Positions 13,719 to 24,549 of a stretch of DNA of 64,000 nucleotides are shown piece by piece (the first letter of the stretch is position 1; every line of letters starts with the position of its first letter). The stretch spans positions 1,240,001 through 1,304,000 of the forward strand of contig JADEYG010000009.1 of the NCBI GenBank assembly GCA_016906335.1. Direction: 5' to 3'. The stretch is from Novakomyces olei. Taxonomy: Eukaryota. A program made the translations under genes and the position numbers. The notes under the pieces were generated by a model. It ran no database searches and had not been told where the DNA came from. It was given only the letters and a program-made list of their open reading frames with translations.

Positions 13719-14660
13719 TCATAAATGTTCAGATCCATCGGGAAGTAAAGGCTCTTGTAAAATAGACCCGGTTTCATGCTCAAACATCCATGCATCCTGC
13801 GATAAAGAGGATACTTGTCGCATTATATATTCATAGTCCTTAATCCCTTGCCTCCTCCGCCGCTGCTGCTGTCTGCTACCAGCCCCAGAATGGTTTGATC
13901 CAGCAGAAGACTTGTCATCTAAATTCTGCATGTTTTCAACGTCCGCGTTTGGGTTTAGCAACGACACTGGCACGGGAAACTGCCAAATCTCCAACCAGTT
14001 TCTGGCGGAGCGAAGCTTTATAATATCCATTTGGCCCCTTAAAGTTGCTTCATCAGATATGATGGAAGGACGACGGGAAGCACCACGAGCCCATTTACGT
14101 TGAGGTGCAGCGGGCACGCGAAAAGATCGAGCTTCTCTCCCAGCTTCTGCTGCTTCATCTTCCTCCACCTCAGCTTCTTTCTCTTGCTGCTTCAACTCAT
14201 GATCTGCCCGGCCTGACAATGCGGGTACGGGCAGAGTTCCTCGCTTGCGCGGTAAAAGCCTTCGTGTCTGGCCCTGCTGCTGAGGCAATTTATCTGCCGC
14301 CAAGTCTGCGTTTCTCATAGAGAAAGCCCGTCCATGAAGAGGCGAAGCATAGCTTAAAACACTCGACGCAGAGGCTAAATTTGCTGCGGCTACTGCCATT
14401 GTCGGGTAAGACGTGGCCGTTGATAGTGACGCAGAGGAAGGCGAGTTTTCTAAAACGACTGGAGTCTCATACTCATTTCGAGGGACCGCTCGTGGAGTAG
14501 AGTCAGATACTGCTCTCATAAAAAGCTGGCGCCGTACAGTTTGAGGCGCTGACGAGCTACTGCCGTCTTGCTCCTGCTCTTCTCCGTGACTAAAAGTATC
14601 ACTGCTGCGAACCTGCCGCCTCGATCGCGTTTCGTGCTGGTGCCGTGCTACAAAGCTCAT
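13719..14660 (-). CDS. Hypothetical 313-aa largely disordered protein
   Basis: Long ATG-initiated ORF with coding-like GC; no family recognised with confidence. Confidence 0.75.
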   Translation of the reverse strand: MSFVARHQHETRSRRQVRSSDTFSHGEEQEQDGSSSSAPQTVRRQLFMRAVSDSTPRAVPRNEYETPVVLENSPSSASLSTATSYPTMAVAAANLASASSVLSYASPLHGRAFSMRNADLAADKLPQQQGQTRRLLPRKRGTLPVPALSGRADHELKQQEKEAEVEEDEAAEAGREARSFRVPAAPQRKWARGASRRPSIISDEATLRGQMDIIKLRSARNWLEIWQFPVPVSLLNPNADVENMQNLDDKSSAGSNHSGAGSRQQQRRRRQGIKDYEYIMRQVSSLSQDAWMFEHETGSILQEPLLPDGSEHL

Positions 14661-14733
14661 GGCTTAAGATCCTCATTTACCGGAAAAGGCGAACAGATAC
14701 AGATCTTGCGGGATCAAGTTTCAAGCATTTTTG

Positions 14734-14741
14734 TGTGACTG
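14734..14741 (-). promoter_or_regulatory. Homol D-like box (CAGTCACA) ~75 nt upstream of the 14660 ATG
   Basis: Exact match to the fission-yeast Homol D octamer at a plausible distance; could be chance. Confidence 0.35.
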
Positions 14742-15178
14742 CACAACTGTGGGCAACGAGAGGATTGAGGGAACGTTGATGAATCTGGTCCACAGTGTAA
14801 ATAGGCAGTCCTCGGTGCTTTATATTTTCCCCGTGGATTTAGACCAAACAATGCACATTTGGCAATATACTGTGTATTTATTATAGGTTTTATATATGAG
14901 TCTGGTATTATGAGTCGATTTATGGATATTCGATATATGAATATCGACATACGAATATTTAGTATAGATATATGAATATTTAGAATATGATGTTTAATAT
15001 ATGAATATTTAATGAATTTAAAACGAATAAATTATTAAAGAATAATTGCTAAATATTTGTATAGAACACAAATGTAGCGTGTTTATAGTATGTAAAACAC
15101 TGCTAAAATAAAGTGTGCACTGAATCGACGCTCACCACTTACCACATATTCTTACGGCTCTGCAGTAAAGGCACAACA

Positions 15179-16541
15179 ATGCTGGCGCGTGCATTGTCGG
15201 TGTGGACGGTGTTTGCCCTCTTTGCTCAATCATTGTGCAATGCTGAGTGGGACAAGGAAGCATCGCGTGCTAAGAATGGCATCATTAATTTAGACACAGA
15301 GGCGTATGAAGATCTCGTGGAGAGCGGGGATCGTGATTATACGGCCATAGTGCTGTTCACCGCCCTGTCTAGCCAGTTTAATTGCGTCATGTGCCGGTAA
15401 GTAATAGCCTGCATTGACAAGGCTAATGTCCAGCGAGCTTGAGCCCGAGCTGAAATTGGTGGCTTCCAGCTGGAGACGAGCCCACCCTCGCAACGGCAAC
15501 GTGTACTTTGGACGGGTCGATTTCGACAATGCAAAATCTGTATTTCAAAAGGTACGCATACTTGAAGGAAATATTATGAAAATAGAATCAGAAAACAACC
15601 AAAAAAATATGAATTAAAAGATAAAATGTGTGAAATAAAAGAAAAAAAATATGAAATAAAAGATCAAATGTATGAAATCAAAATAAAAAATGAAAAATCA
15701 AACGTATAAATTCAAATTAATAAAGCAAAATAAAAATAAAGAAAACAACTGGAAGAAAAGAATCATTTCACCAAGTTTACTAGCATCATGGCTTTTATAT
15801 ATGATAAATTGATTCAACGACACTTGCTGACGCTACGTTAAAGTTAGAAATTACTTCAGCGCCACATGTATGGGTCTTCCCCCCGACGGTGGGCGAACAT
15901 GCTCAGCCTGAGGGCACAATACAAAAGCACAATTTGAACGGCAGAGGACCTTCTGCGAATGAATTAGTCCGATTTCTGGAACCCCAGCTGCACACGCACA
16001 TTGCAATAGTTCAGCCGTTTAATTATGAGCGCCTCGTACTAAATATCGTGGGACTGGCCGTTTTAGCGACTATCATAAAGTTCTCCTGGGGTCTTATTCG
16101 TGTGGTCTTGTGGAACCGGTATTCTTGGGCAGCAGTTTCTATTCTGTTCATTCTCGTCATGACTGGCGGCCATATGTTTGTACAAATCCGGCAGGCGCCA
16201 TACGTTGCTGCTGATGGAAAGGGCGGCGTTAGCTGGATGGCTGGAGGGTATGATTTCATTATAAAAAAAAATTGATTTAGTTTTTATTTGGCCAATCGAT
16301 GAATGCTAATATCAGGTTCCAATACCAGTTTGGTATGGAAACGCAGATCATTGCTTGCGTCTATGGCCTGCTCGCGTTCGGTACGATATCGCTCGCTATC
16401 TCTGCTCCGCGTATCCCTGACAAGCGCCGACAAACAGCGCTTATTTATGTGTGGCTGATCCTCCAATTTGTGGCCTTTAGCTTTCTTACACACATGTTCC
16501 GTACAAAGAACGAAAGCTATCCGTTCAAGCTATTGCTGTAG
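15179..16541 (+). CDS. OST3: Oligosaccharyltransferase subunit Ost3/Ost6 (TUSC3/MAGT1 family), 4 exons
   Basis: Signal peptide, thioredoxin-like CVMC, GGHMFVQIRQAPY, QFGMETQI, C-terminal KNESYPFKLLL. Confidence 0.92.
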
Positions 16542-16903
16542 ACGATAAGAATGCAAAGTAAATGAACGGGGGTTGCTTGGATATTGAAATGGTCAGCGAA
16601 GCTGCCGCAGGCATACATATATACATTGCTAAGGTCGGTTCTTTGAATTTGACTTTAGACGGAGCTGAACCTTTTAGGTAGACTTTGCTTACACATTCTG
16701 CATAAAAGAAAATCAATATATTTCCTTATGAACATTACATTATGCGGAACGGGCTTCCAGGATGACGTCTCATCTAACCAAAAAACTGTTTTATCGTACT
16801 TTACTACAATCTGTATAAACTGGGCAAGGTAACTGCCTCTCACGAGATTTTAATCTTCAATCATATTCGTTGTCCGTACGGTCTTTCTCAATTTACGCAC
16901 TCT

Positions 16904-17812
16904 TTACTTCTGCGTCTCTGCTTCAATATGCTCCGGGGCACCGTGTCTATGCTTCACGTCAACACTACCGTCGGCGTTTCCAAAATAAACGTGGTCTGCC
17001 ATATCCACGAAAAGCCCAACGTCAACTACCCCCACAATCTGCTTTATTTCGCGGGCAAGAGCAGCCGTATCCTCTATTTTTTCGAAAATCGCATCGTATA
17101 TAAGATTACCGTTATCCGTTACAACGGGGCCTGCTTTGGCTGAACCGCCCATCCGAAGCACAGGAGTCAGCCCTAATTCTTGCAACCTCCGTGAAACGTG
17201 CGTCTGTGCCAGCGTGACGACTTCAATGGGAATACCCTGTCGCCATCCTTCGCCAAGTTTTTTAGAGTTTTTACGGTAGTCTAAAGGTTAGATGGAAAAC
17301 GTTTAAATATAAAAACTGAGTGCGTAGAGGCCAATCAATCCAGAGACAAAATGTGGAACAAGTGCACATGTTTCTTTCCTACCCGCTACAATAACAAACT
17401 GCCTTGCTGCTAAAGCTACCAGCTTCTCCTGGAACAAGCACGCGCCTCCGCCCTTGATTACGTCCAAGTGCGCGTCGCATTCATCTGCGCCATCAAAGGC
17501 CACATCGAGAACGGGATACTGTTCCACTGATCCCACCTTCAGCCCGGCGCCAGTAATGAGCTGCTGTGATTGGAAACCTGTGGGAACAAAAATGACCGAG
17601 TCGGCTACTCGAGCGCCCATTTCACGAATACGTTCAACCGCATAGACGACAGTACTGCCGCTCCCAATTCCGACAACCGTAGCGTCCTTTGGAAAGTGCC
17701 TTTCTACAGCTTTTCTGGCGGCCAATCGTTTCGCCCGCTCTACGGCAGTTTGAGCTGTCGGAAGTACATACTCCGCCGTCCGAGCGTAAGAAATAGCGCT
17801 TCTGTTGATCAT
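16904..17812 (-). CDS. RKI1: Ribose-5-phosphate isomerase A; intron ~17281-17382
   Basis: [25 protein letters not shown] and [12 protein letters not shown] motifs. Confidence 0.96.
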
Positions 17813-18450
17813 AATTTCAGAGTACTGGCGGCGATTAGCACAAGCGTATGTAGTACAATTGGTGGTGCCTCCACACGGAATCGTACTTTGTAATTATAGT
17901 GTGGTACTATGGAGGCATCTTATACGGAACAGTGTGGGACTTTTAAAGTGGTACTTTTAAAGTGGTGTTTTGCTAGTGATCGATCATATGGGCGACCCTT
18001 ATAGCTTGAACGTGGTAATAATTCAACGAAATAGTACTTTTGTGGAGTATTTCCAAGAAGTGACCGATAATGTTATACTGCGTATTATTTCAACGAAAGC
18101 GATTTCTGTAAAGAACCTTGTCAATAGATTGAGAGATCTCCATCCCACTATGTCGCCAGTGTTGGCGGCGTCTTGGCGAGAGAAGCAATTACACTTTACT
18201 TGGTGATATAGTGTAGCCAATAGTATCCCAAGACTCGAGGCACCGTGTTCTCTCTGAGCGTGATAAAAGCTCAAGAGGAAAAAGTACCATCTCTTAATTG
18301 TGGTAACAAGTATAAAGATCATATTTTCCACTGGGCCATGCAGAATAAAGTTGTATACATAATAATGATGACAGGCGAAACCCGCCCTATACCGGGAGGC
18401 TGGATGACTGTCGGATAAGGCAAACATTAAAAGTACCGCACGCGCGTTAA

Positions 18451-20113
18451 ATGATCTCCACAAGGCCTACAGTCTTGCGTCAGAGTTTCCAAGGATTCCA
18501 ATGTTTGCCGCGCCGACGGCATTCACCGACCGGATCTCCACACCACTTCACGCGCTACGCCAGTGATTATCGTGTACGTCATTTCTTGTGTCAGCTCTAT
18601 TGCTATCGGCCTTTTACCCTTTACGCAACTGTTCGTTGTGGAGCAGGTTTGCACTTTTATCCTTCAAATACTATATTTAGACTACCTTTTCCTTTTATTA
18701 CAGAATTGCCTTGCCATTGGTTCTAGTGCCATTGGTTTTAGCTCCCTTTTGGTGCGTATTTTTTTTTATTTCCAATCCGCCCACTCGCCTTTGGTTGACC
18801 GGCTCTCACATTCGTCATATCCTTGTTTTCGCTTGGCTAATCGGTACCTTGTAAAGGCGGTCGTTATCGGAGCCGGTGTAGTCGGTCTTGCTACTGCGCG
18901 AGCCTTACAAAAGTATCCTATCCCCCATCACAAACTCTGTCTCTGTCCAGATAGCGCACCCTTTGTCCCCGCTTGCTTGCTACCCATTCCCTCGGGAAAA
19001 ACATGATGTTTCTTAACCCCTCTGACCCAAGCTTATCCCACCAGGCAGTCACGTGGCCCCGTACTCTGCCTGGAACAAAACGCCTCTTTTGGGCAGGAAA
19101 CGAGTTCTCGCAACTCGGAGGTTATACACTCCGGCATCTACTATCCCGCGACGTCTCTCAAGACAAGGCTCTGTATCGCCGGCAGGCGCGCTCTGTACAA
19201 TGTCTGCGAGCAGTATGGGATTCCGTATCGGCGCACGGGGAAACTCGTAGTCGCACAAACCCCGCAACAGGCGGACGCGTTGCACGCGCTCAAATCGCGA
19301 GCGGACGAAACCGGAGTTGCGCTTTATTGGCGTTCCTCTGATCACGTGACACGACTGGAACCGGACGTTATTGCGCGACAGGGCGCGTTAGAGGCTCCCG
19401 AAACGGGTATCATCGACGCGCACGCGCTAATGACGTACCTCCTGGGCCAGTTTGAGGATGCAGGGGGTGATTACGCGACAAATACATGCGTAACGGGTCT
19501 CCGTCGGAATGCGGAAGGCGGCTTTAGCGTGAGAACAATGGACGCGTCGCGGCCGGAGACGGAGACGGACGCGCCATCGTCCTCGTCGCTGACTATTGGT
19601 GCTGACGCGGTGGTAAACTCGGCCGGGCTACAGGCCTGTGCAGTAGCAAATATGCTGTCCCCGACTGTTGTCCATACGCCATACTATGCAAAGGGCACGT
19701 ACTACGCGTTGAGCGCGTCGCGTCCAACCGCGTCGCGTCTAATATATCCGTGTCCAGAACCGGGGGCGGCCGGGCTCGGGACCCATTTAACCCTGGACTT
19801 GGGCGGGCGTGTAAGGTTCGGGCCGGATGTTCAATGGACCAAGAGGGCCGATGATTACACGGCCAGCGATGCTAATCTGCGGCCAGCATGGGAAGCTATT
19901 CGCCAGTACATGCCTGCCGTAAAACTAGAAGATTTGGCCCCGGATTATGTTGGCATTCGGCCCAAACTGGCTCCGGCAGGCAGCAAGTTTCAGGATTTTT
20001 ATATCCGGCACGAGCCAGAGTTTCCGGGGTTCATTAACCTGCTGGGTATAGAATCGCCAGGGCTGACTAGTAGCCTTGCTATTGGTGATTACGTAGCGGA
20101 AATGTTGAAGTAG
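18451..20113 (+). CDS. L-2-hydroxyglutarate dehydrogenase-like FAD oxidoreductase, mitochondrial; 3 exons
   Basis: Presequence, VIGAGVVGLA, ETSSRNSEVIHSGIYYP, GLGTHLTLDLGG, LLGIESPGLTSSLAI. Confidence 0.93.
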
Positions 20114-20181
20114 ACGAGGATTATGGATAGAATGGATTAATAACATTTTATACAAGCTCTATTTAAATATAAATACAAAAT

Positions 20182-20308
<127 letters not shown>

Positions 20309-20774
20309 CCATCTATACAAACATATATACAATAAAAGTAGCCACTAATAGCCACCGAATAAAGCCTCAAGTCAATAGAGCCTTGAAATCAAATGACATT
20401 GAGGCGATCGCAACTTGGTTAAAATTGATTCAGGCTGAGACCAATGCTACGCTTTGGCCAGGCAAATTGAGTTCCCTTAAATTCATCAGAGTTAGGGACA
20501 AGTGCCATCATCCGTAATCTGCGGTCAAGCCTAGATTCAGTTACCAGTCAGATGGTAACTTTAGAGTTCACCCGCATAGAGTTTATACACTCTGGGCTAG
20601 GTGCCAGGACCGGCCATTCATAATCGGTCTGTAATTTGAATCAACAGGTATCCATCAAATTCTTGGTTTCTGTTCCAATTCTTTGGGTCCAAGTCAATTG
20701 GTTAGTATCGAGTCGGACTCAGTCTGTCGGAAATAGTCAGAAAACAATTAAAGCCGACCCAAACAAAGCCGACG

Positions 20775-21428
20775 CTACAATCCATTCAATTCCTTTTCGA
20801 CCTCACTGCGCGCATGAAACGGATTGTATCGAATATAATTACTCACATTACTCTCAAGGCTCAATGTCTCCAAGTATCCGATCAAATCCAACAGCTCACG
20901 ATCGTCTCCGCGCTTGATGCTATCCGTACCGAATTCCGTCACGTGAATATGATTAAAAGGCTGCTGGCGGCATTTAACAAGAGAGTCGTCCACAACTACC
21001 GTATTGGTATAGTCTAAAGGCCCACACTCCTTTTGCAGTGTGTGATCAGACAAAACCGTTTCGAGATTCTTAAACGTCTGTACTTTTAAAGAATACTGTG
21101 ACCGGCTTAGCCCTAATGTATCCCGAGCCCAGATACGAACAAGCTTGTTCTTGTCCTCTGCGCTCATCATAAAATCAACCATGCGCCTGACATTCTCCGG
21201 TTTTGCTGAACTCCAGATCATGACCTTGAAATTGCTTAGCGCCATATCAAGAAACTCTTTAATAAACGGCCTCGCAGTATATGCGGAAGACGAACGTTCC
21301 CGGTAGATCAGAGTCCCGTTTAGATCAAGAATTAAAAGCATTCTTTTTGTTCCAGTAGAAAATTTGCTTTTCACCAATGTTTGACCAAGGTACTCTGCAC
21401 TGGCATATTGCACGAACGCATCTTTCAT
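20775..21428 (-). CDS. NIF/FCP1-like HAD-family phosphatase (DLNGTL variant); an upstream exon is possible
   Basis: LLILDLNGTL, ARPFIKEFL, VMIWSSAKPENV and TVVVDDS motifs. Confidence 0.85.
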   Translation of the reverse strand: MKDAFVQYASAEYLGQTLVKSKFSTGTKRMLLILDLNGTLIYRERSSSAYTARPFIKEFLDMALSNFKVMIWSSAKPENVRRMVDFMMSAEDKNKLVRIWARDTLGLSRSQYSLKVQTFKNLETVLSDHTLQKECGPLDYTNTVVVDDSLVKCRQQPFNHIHVTEFGTDSIKRGDDRELLDLIGYLETLSLESNVSNYIRYNPFHARSEVEKELNGL

Positions 21429-21944
21429 CTCCAAATAAGGTGCGATGCGCTGAGCGCGGTTGGTTAATAATATATATAATATATTTCTTTAATTCTTTTT
21501 GAAGGTGTAACGCAATTATCTGTACGGTTTAAATGCAAAAAGACAAAATTGCTATACTTGCTTTGTGTGTCTGAGGAAGCCAAAAATTAATATTAGATTT
21601 TTTTACCTTAATTTAAGCTCCGACGTTTAAAACTTGATTATGAGGTATAATTAGAAATAATATTTGAACTAAAGGTTAAAGTATTCAAGATTAAATAAAA
21701 CTTTTGAAAAAAGTTGCCCTCCTGTGCAATTAAATTTTAGAGGAAAAGCCTTTAAATTAAACTAGAACTGTATATTCAATCTGTGAACTAAATTAGAGAT
21801 AAAAACATGAAAAGCAAAAGCTATATAGTAAAACCGTACTCGTTAATTATATGGAATCTGAAATTAGTATTTTATCTATGAATTTATATTTGGCAATAAA
21901 ATTGAGAATATTAAAATTGTGAATACTCATCGATATTGGAAGGC

Positions 21945-22995
21945 ATGGCAGAATCTGATTCAGATGCTCCTAGCGAGTATAGCGCCAATGATACCGGGAC
22001 GAGCGACCAAGAGGACGTATCAGTGGGGGATTCTGAATCTCGAGAGCTTTTGCGGCGAGGTAGCGTTCTCTAAAAGATGTTAATTATTAAACAATATAGA
22101 GCTGGCAGAAATGCCGTTTGAAACGCTTTTGCAAGCAAGAAGCTCTTTAGCAGGGTCCGGCAGAGTAGGCGCAGGTGCAACAGGCTCAAAATCGATAAAT
22201 GTTTCTGGACCCTTACCCGCCAAAAAGGACGGCAGGCAGCGAGAGCGTTATCGCAAATTTGAACATAACCATAAACGAGCGAACCATCATGCGCCCGCAG
22301 AATTATCGTCTACCAAACCCGTATCGCGGAGGAGGCAGGTAGTGGAATTGCCAAGTGTTCAGCAACGTGATCCTAGATTCGGAACTGTGGGCGGCGAGTA
22401 TAACGCACAAAAAGCACATCGAAATTATCAGTTTGTACGAGACTATCAGCGCAAGGAATTGGATGAATTGTCTCACCGACTTTCTCGGACAAAGGATGCA
22501 GAGGCACGTACAGAGCTGGAGCTGCAGCGCAAATCTTTGGTACATTAAACATATGCTTTCTGACTTTATTTTCTCGCCTCAATCCTTTTTAATTTGTTCA
22601 TTTTTAATTTGTTCATATTTTGTTCATATTTTGTGCTTTATTAAAAGGGGTTTATTATATTCTCTTTTACTGACAGCAGCAATCACGATACGATGCGGCA
22701 CAAGAAAAGGAGATGCGTCGAGCCATTGTTGAACAGCATCGGACAAAAGAAAACCGGCTGGCAAAAGAAACAGGAAAAGAACGGTTCTATCTTAAGAAAA
22801 GTACACTATTTATTCACAGTCTTGTAGCCACTAACCCATAAAATAGATGAAGCTCGCAAGCTCTATGACGAACAGAGGTTTCAAGAGCTGGCCAAGAATA
22901 AAAGCGTGGATAAGGTGCTCGAGCGGAGGCGTCGACGCCGGGCGCAAAAGGAGAAAAAGCGTATGCCCGTGTCGCGGTCTATGCCTTTGGATTAG
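21945..22995 (+). CDS. RRP36: rRNA biogenesis protein Rrp36, 4 exons
   Basis: MPFETLL, NHHAPAELSSTKPVSRRR, RDPRF, FYLKK and a basic C-terminus after splicing. Confidence 0.88.
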
Positions 22996-23148
22996 AGTTT
23001 GTTTATTGGGTGGATTGTTTGTGCATTGTATATTGACTGCTATTTTCTGAGGGTTTCTGCGTGATGAAATAATGCATGAAATTTGATAAGCTTCGTTTTG
23101 AGAATAAATAGAAAAGAATACGAGTTAAATATTTATAACTGTATAGAT

Positions 23149-24121
23149 TTATTTCGTGTGCCGCTCGCTTTTGCGCTTGTTTCTATTTAGCCCTTTAGAT
23201 TTAATCTGATTGTCAGCGATTATATGATAAGAAGCGATTATACGATAAGAAGCAATAAGCCATTAAAAATAGATAGTAAAAGAAATTGTAACATTATAAA
23301 AAGCTGGCAAGCTGAGAAAAATAGGGCAAAGGAATTAGAGATAATTGTACAAAGTTCGCACCTTTCTCCAAGCCCAAGCAGGCTTGAAACTGTCAATTAC
23401 TCCACAATCAGCAAACAAATTAGGGAAAATCCATATTCCTGGTGGCAGAGCGACAATTGTAATGGCAATAATAATGAGCCGGACGACAGCGAGGCCAACC
23501 AGCACTCCAATCAATCCAAGAGCACCAACCGACAGGTACCATGCGCCTATACGCATAGCAAGAGGCCACAATGGAAACATCACAAGCGCAAGAACAACGA
23601 TGACGACTCCGACGGCTGCAATAATCGTGTAAGGCGAAGCAGGCTCACGTAACCATACGTAATGCATATCATCCTGATAATCCTGGTGCGAATTTACTTG
23701 AATGGTAACAGGCTTATCCTTTCGATCCCCTTTTTTAGGAGGCTGCTTGTCTACTCGAATGATATTAGACGTTATTGTAAGCAAAGCCAAGGCCATTATT
23801 GCCTGCTCACGCGTGTGAACAATAGGCATATCTTTTTGACGAGCTTTCTCATAATCTTCCGATAAAAGTGCCCGAATTGCACGTTTCACTACTCACAGAA
23901 ACTATTTAAGCAAACTTGACATCATCTTAATTAACAATCAAAAGGATGTTACCTCTAAAATAACGGCAGCGTTTGCCATTCAAAATGGCCTCTTTGCTAT
24001 CGACCGTCTTACTCTTGCGTAAAAAATTCGCTACTAAGCCAGCACGAGCCAAAGCCTCTGGCGAGTTGTCGGGGCGCAGTGGCTGAGCACCATTTGGTGG
24101 AGGCGTCGCGTTCGTCGCCAT
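23149..24121 (-). CDS. SEC62: Translocon subunit Sec62, 3 exons
   Basis: RYFR(V)KRAIRALLS, MFPLWP, two TM segments, GIWIFPNLFADCGVIDSFKP. Confidence 0.93.
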
Positions 24122-24549
24122 TATGCGCGTTGCAGGTCAGATCAATTACGCATACAGCGCTGAAATGACTAATTAACGTTTATTATTCGAGATAATGGGC
24201 ATAATTAGATATATATTGGATAAAATAAGAAATCCAACTAAATAGAAATAGAAATAGAAATAAATATAAACATAATAAAGAACCGAACCCCTCCTATAAT
24301 TAGTGCAAGACTTGAGTTGACATAACTATGAAATTGAAGAATAAAATTTGAAAAGTATATAATAATTAATTAATTATATTAAGAATTATAATTGTAAATT
24401 CAGCGCATCAATTATTGAGAGCAATTGTCGTATGTGGATTGCCCACAATTGAGCCTGGGATAGTGGAGCTGTGCAGGCGCAGGGTACTTGCCCGTAGCGT
24501 TGCTTTCAATGCGAAATCATTTGGTACTTTCCGGGCTTGTTTGCCGCTA

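Noticed and set aside
20433-20490. GCTGAGA (TPP riboswitch-like) and minus-strand CTGATGA (hammerhead-like)
   Set aside because: The remaining conserved cores (CCUGAU...AAU..CUGCG; stem II-GAAA) are absent.
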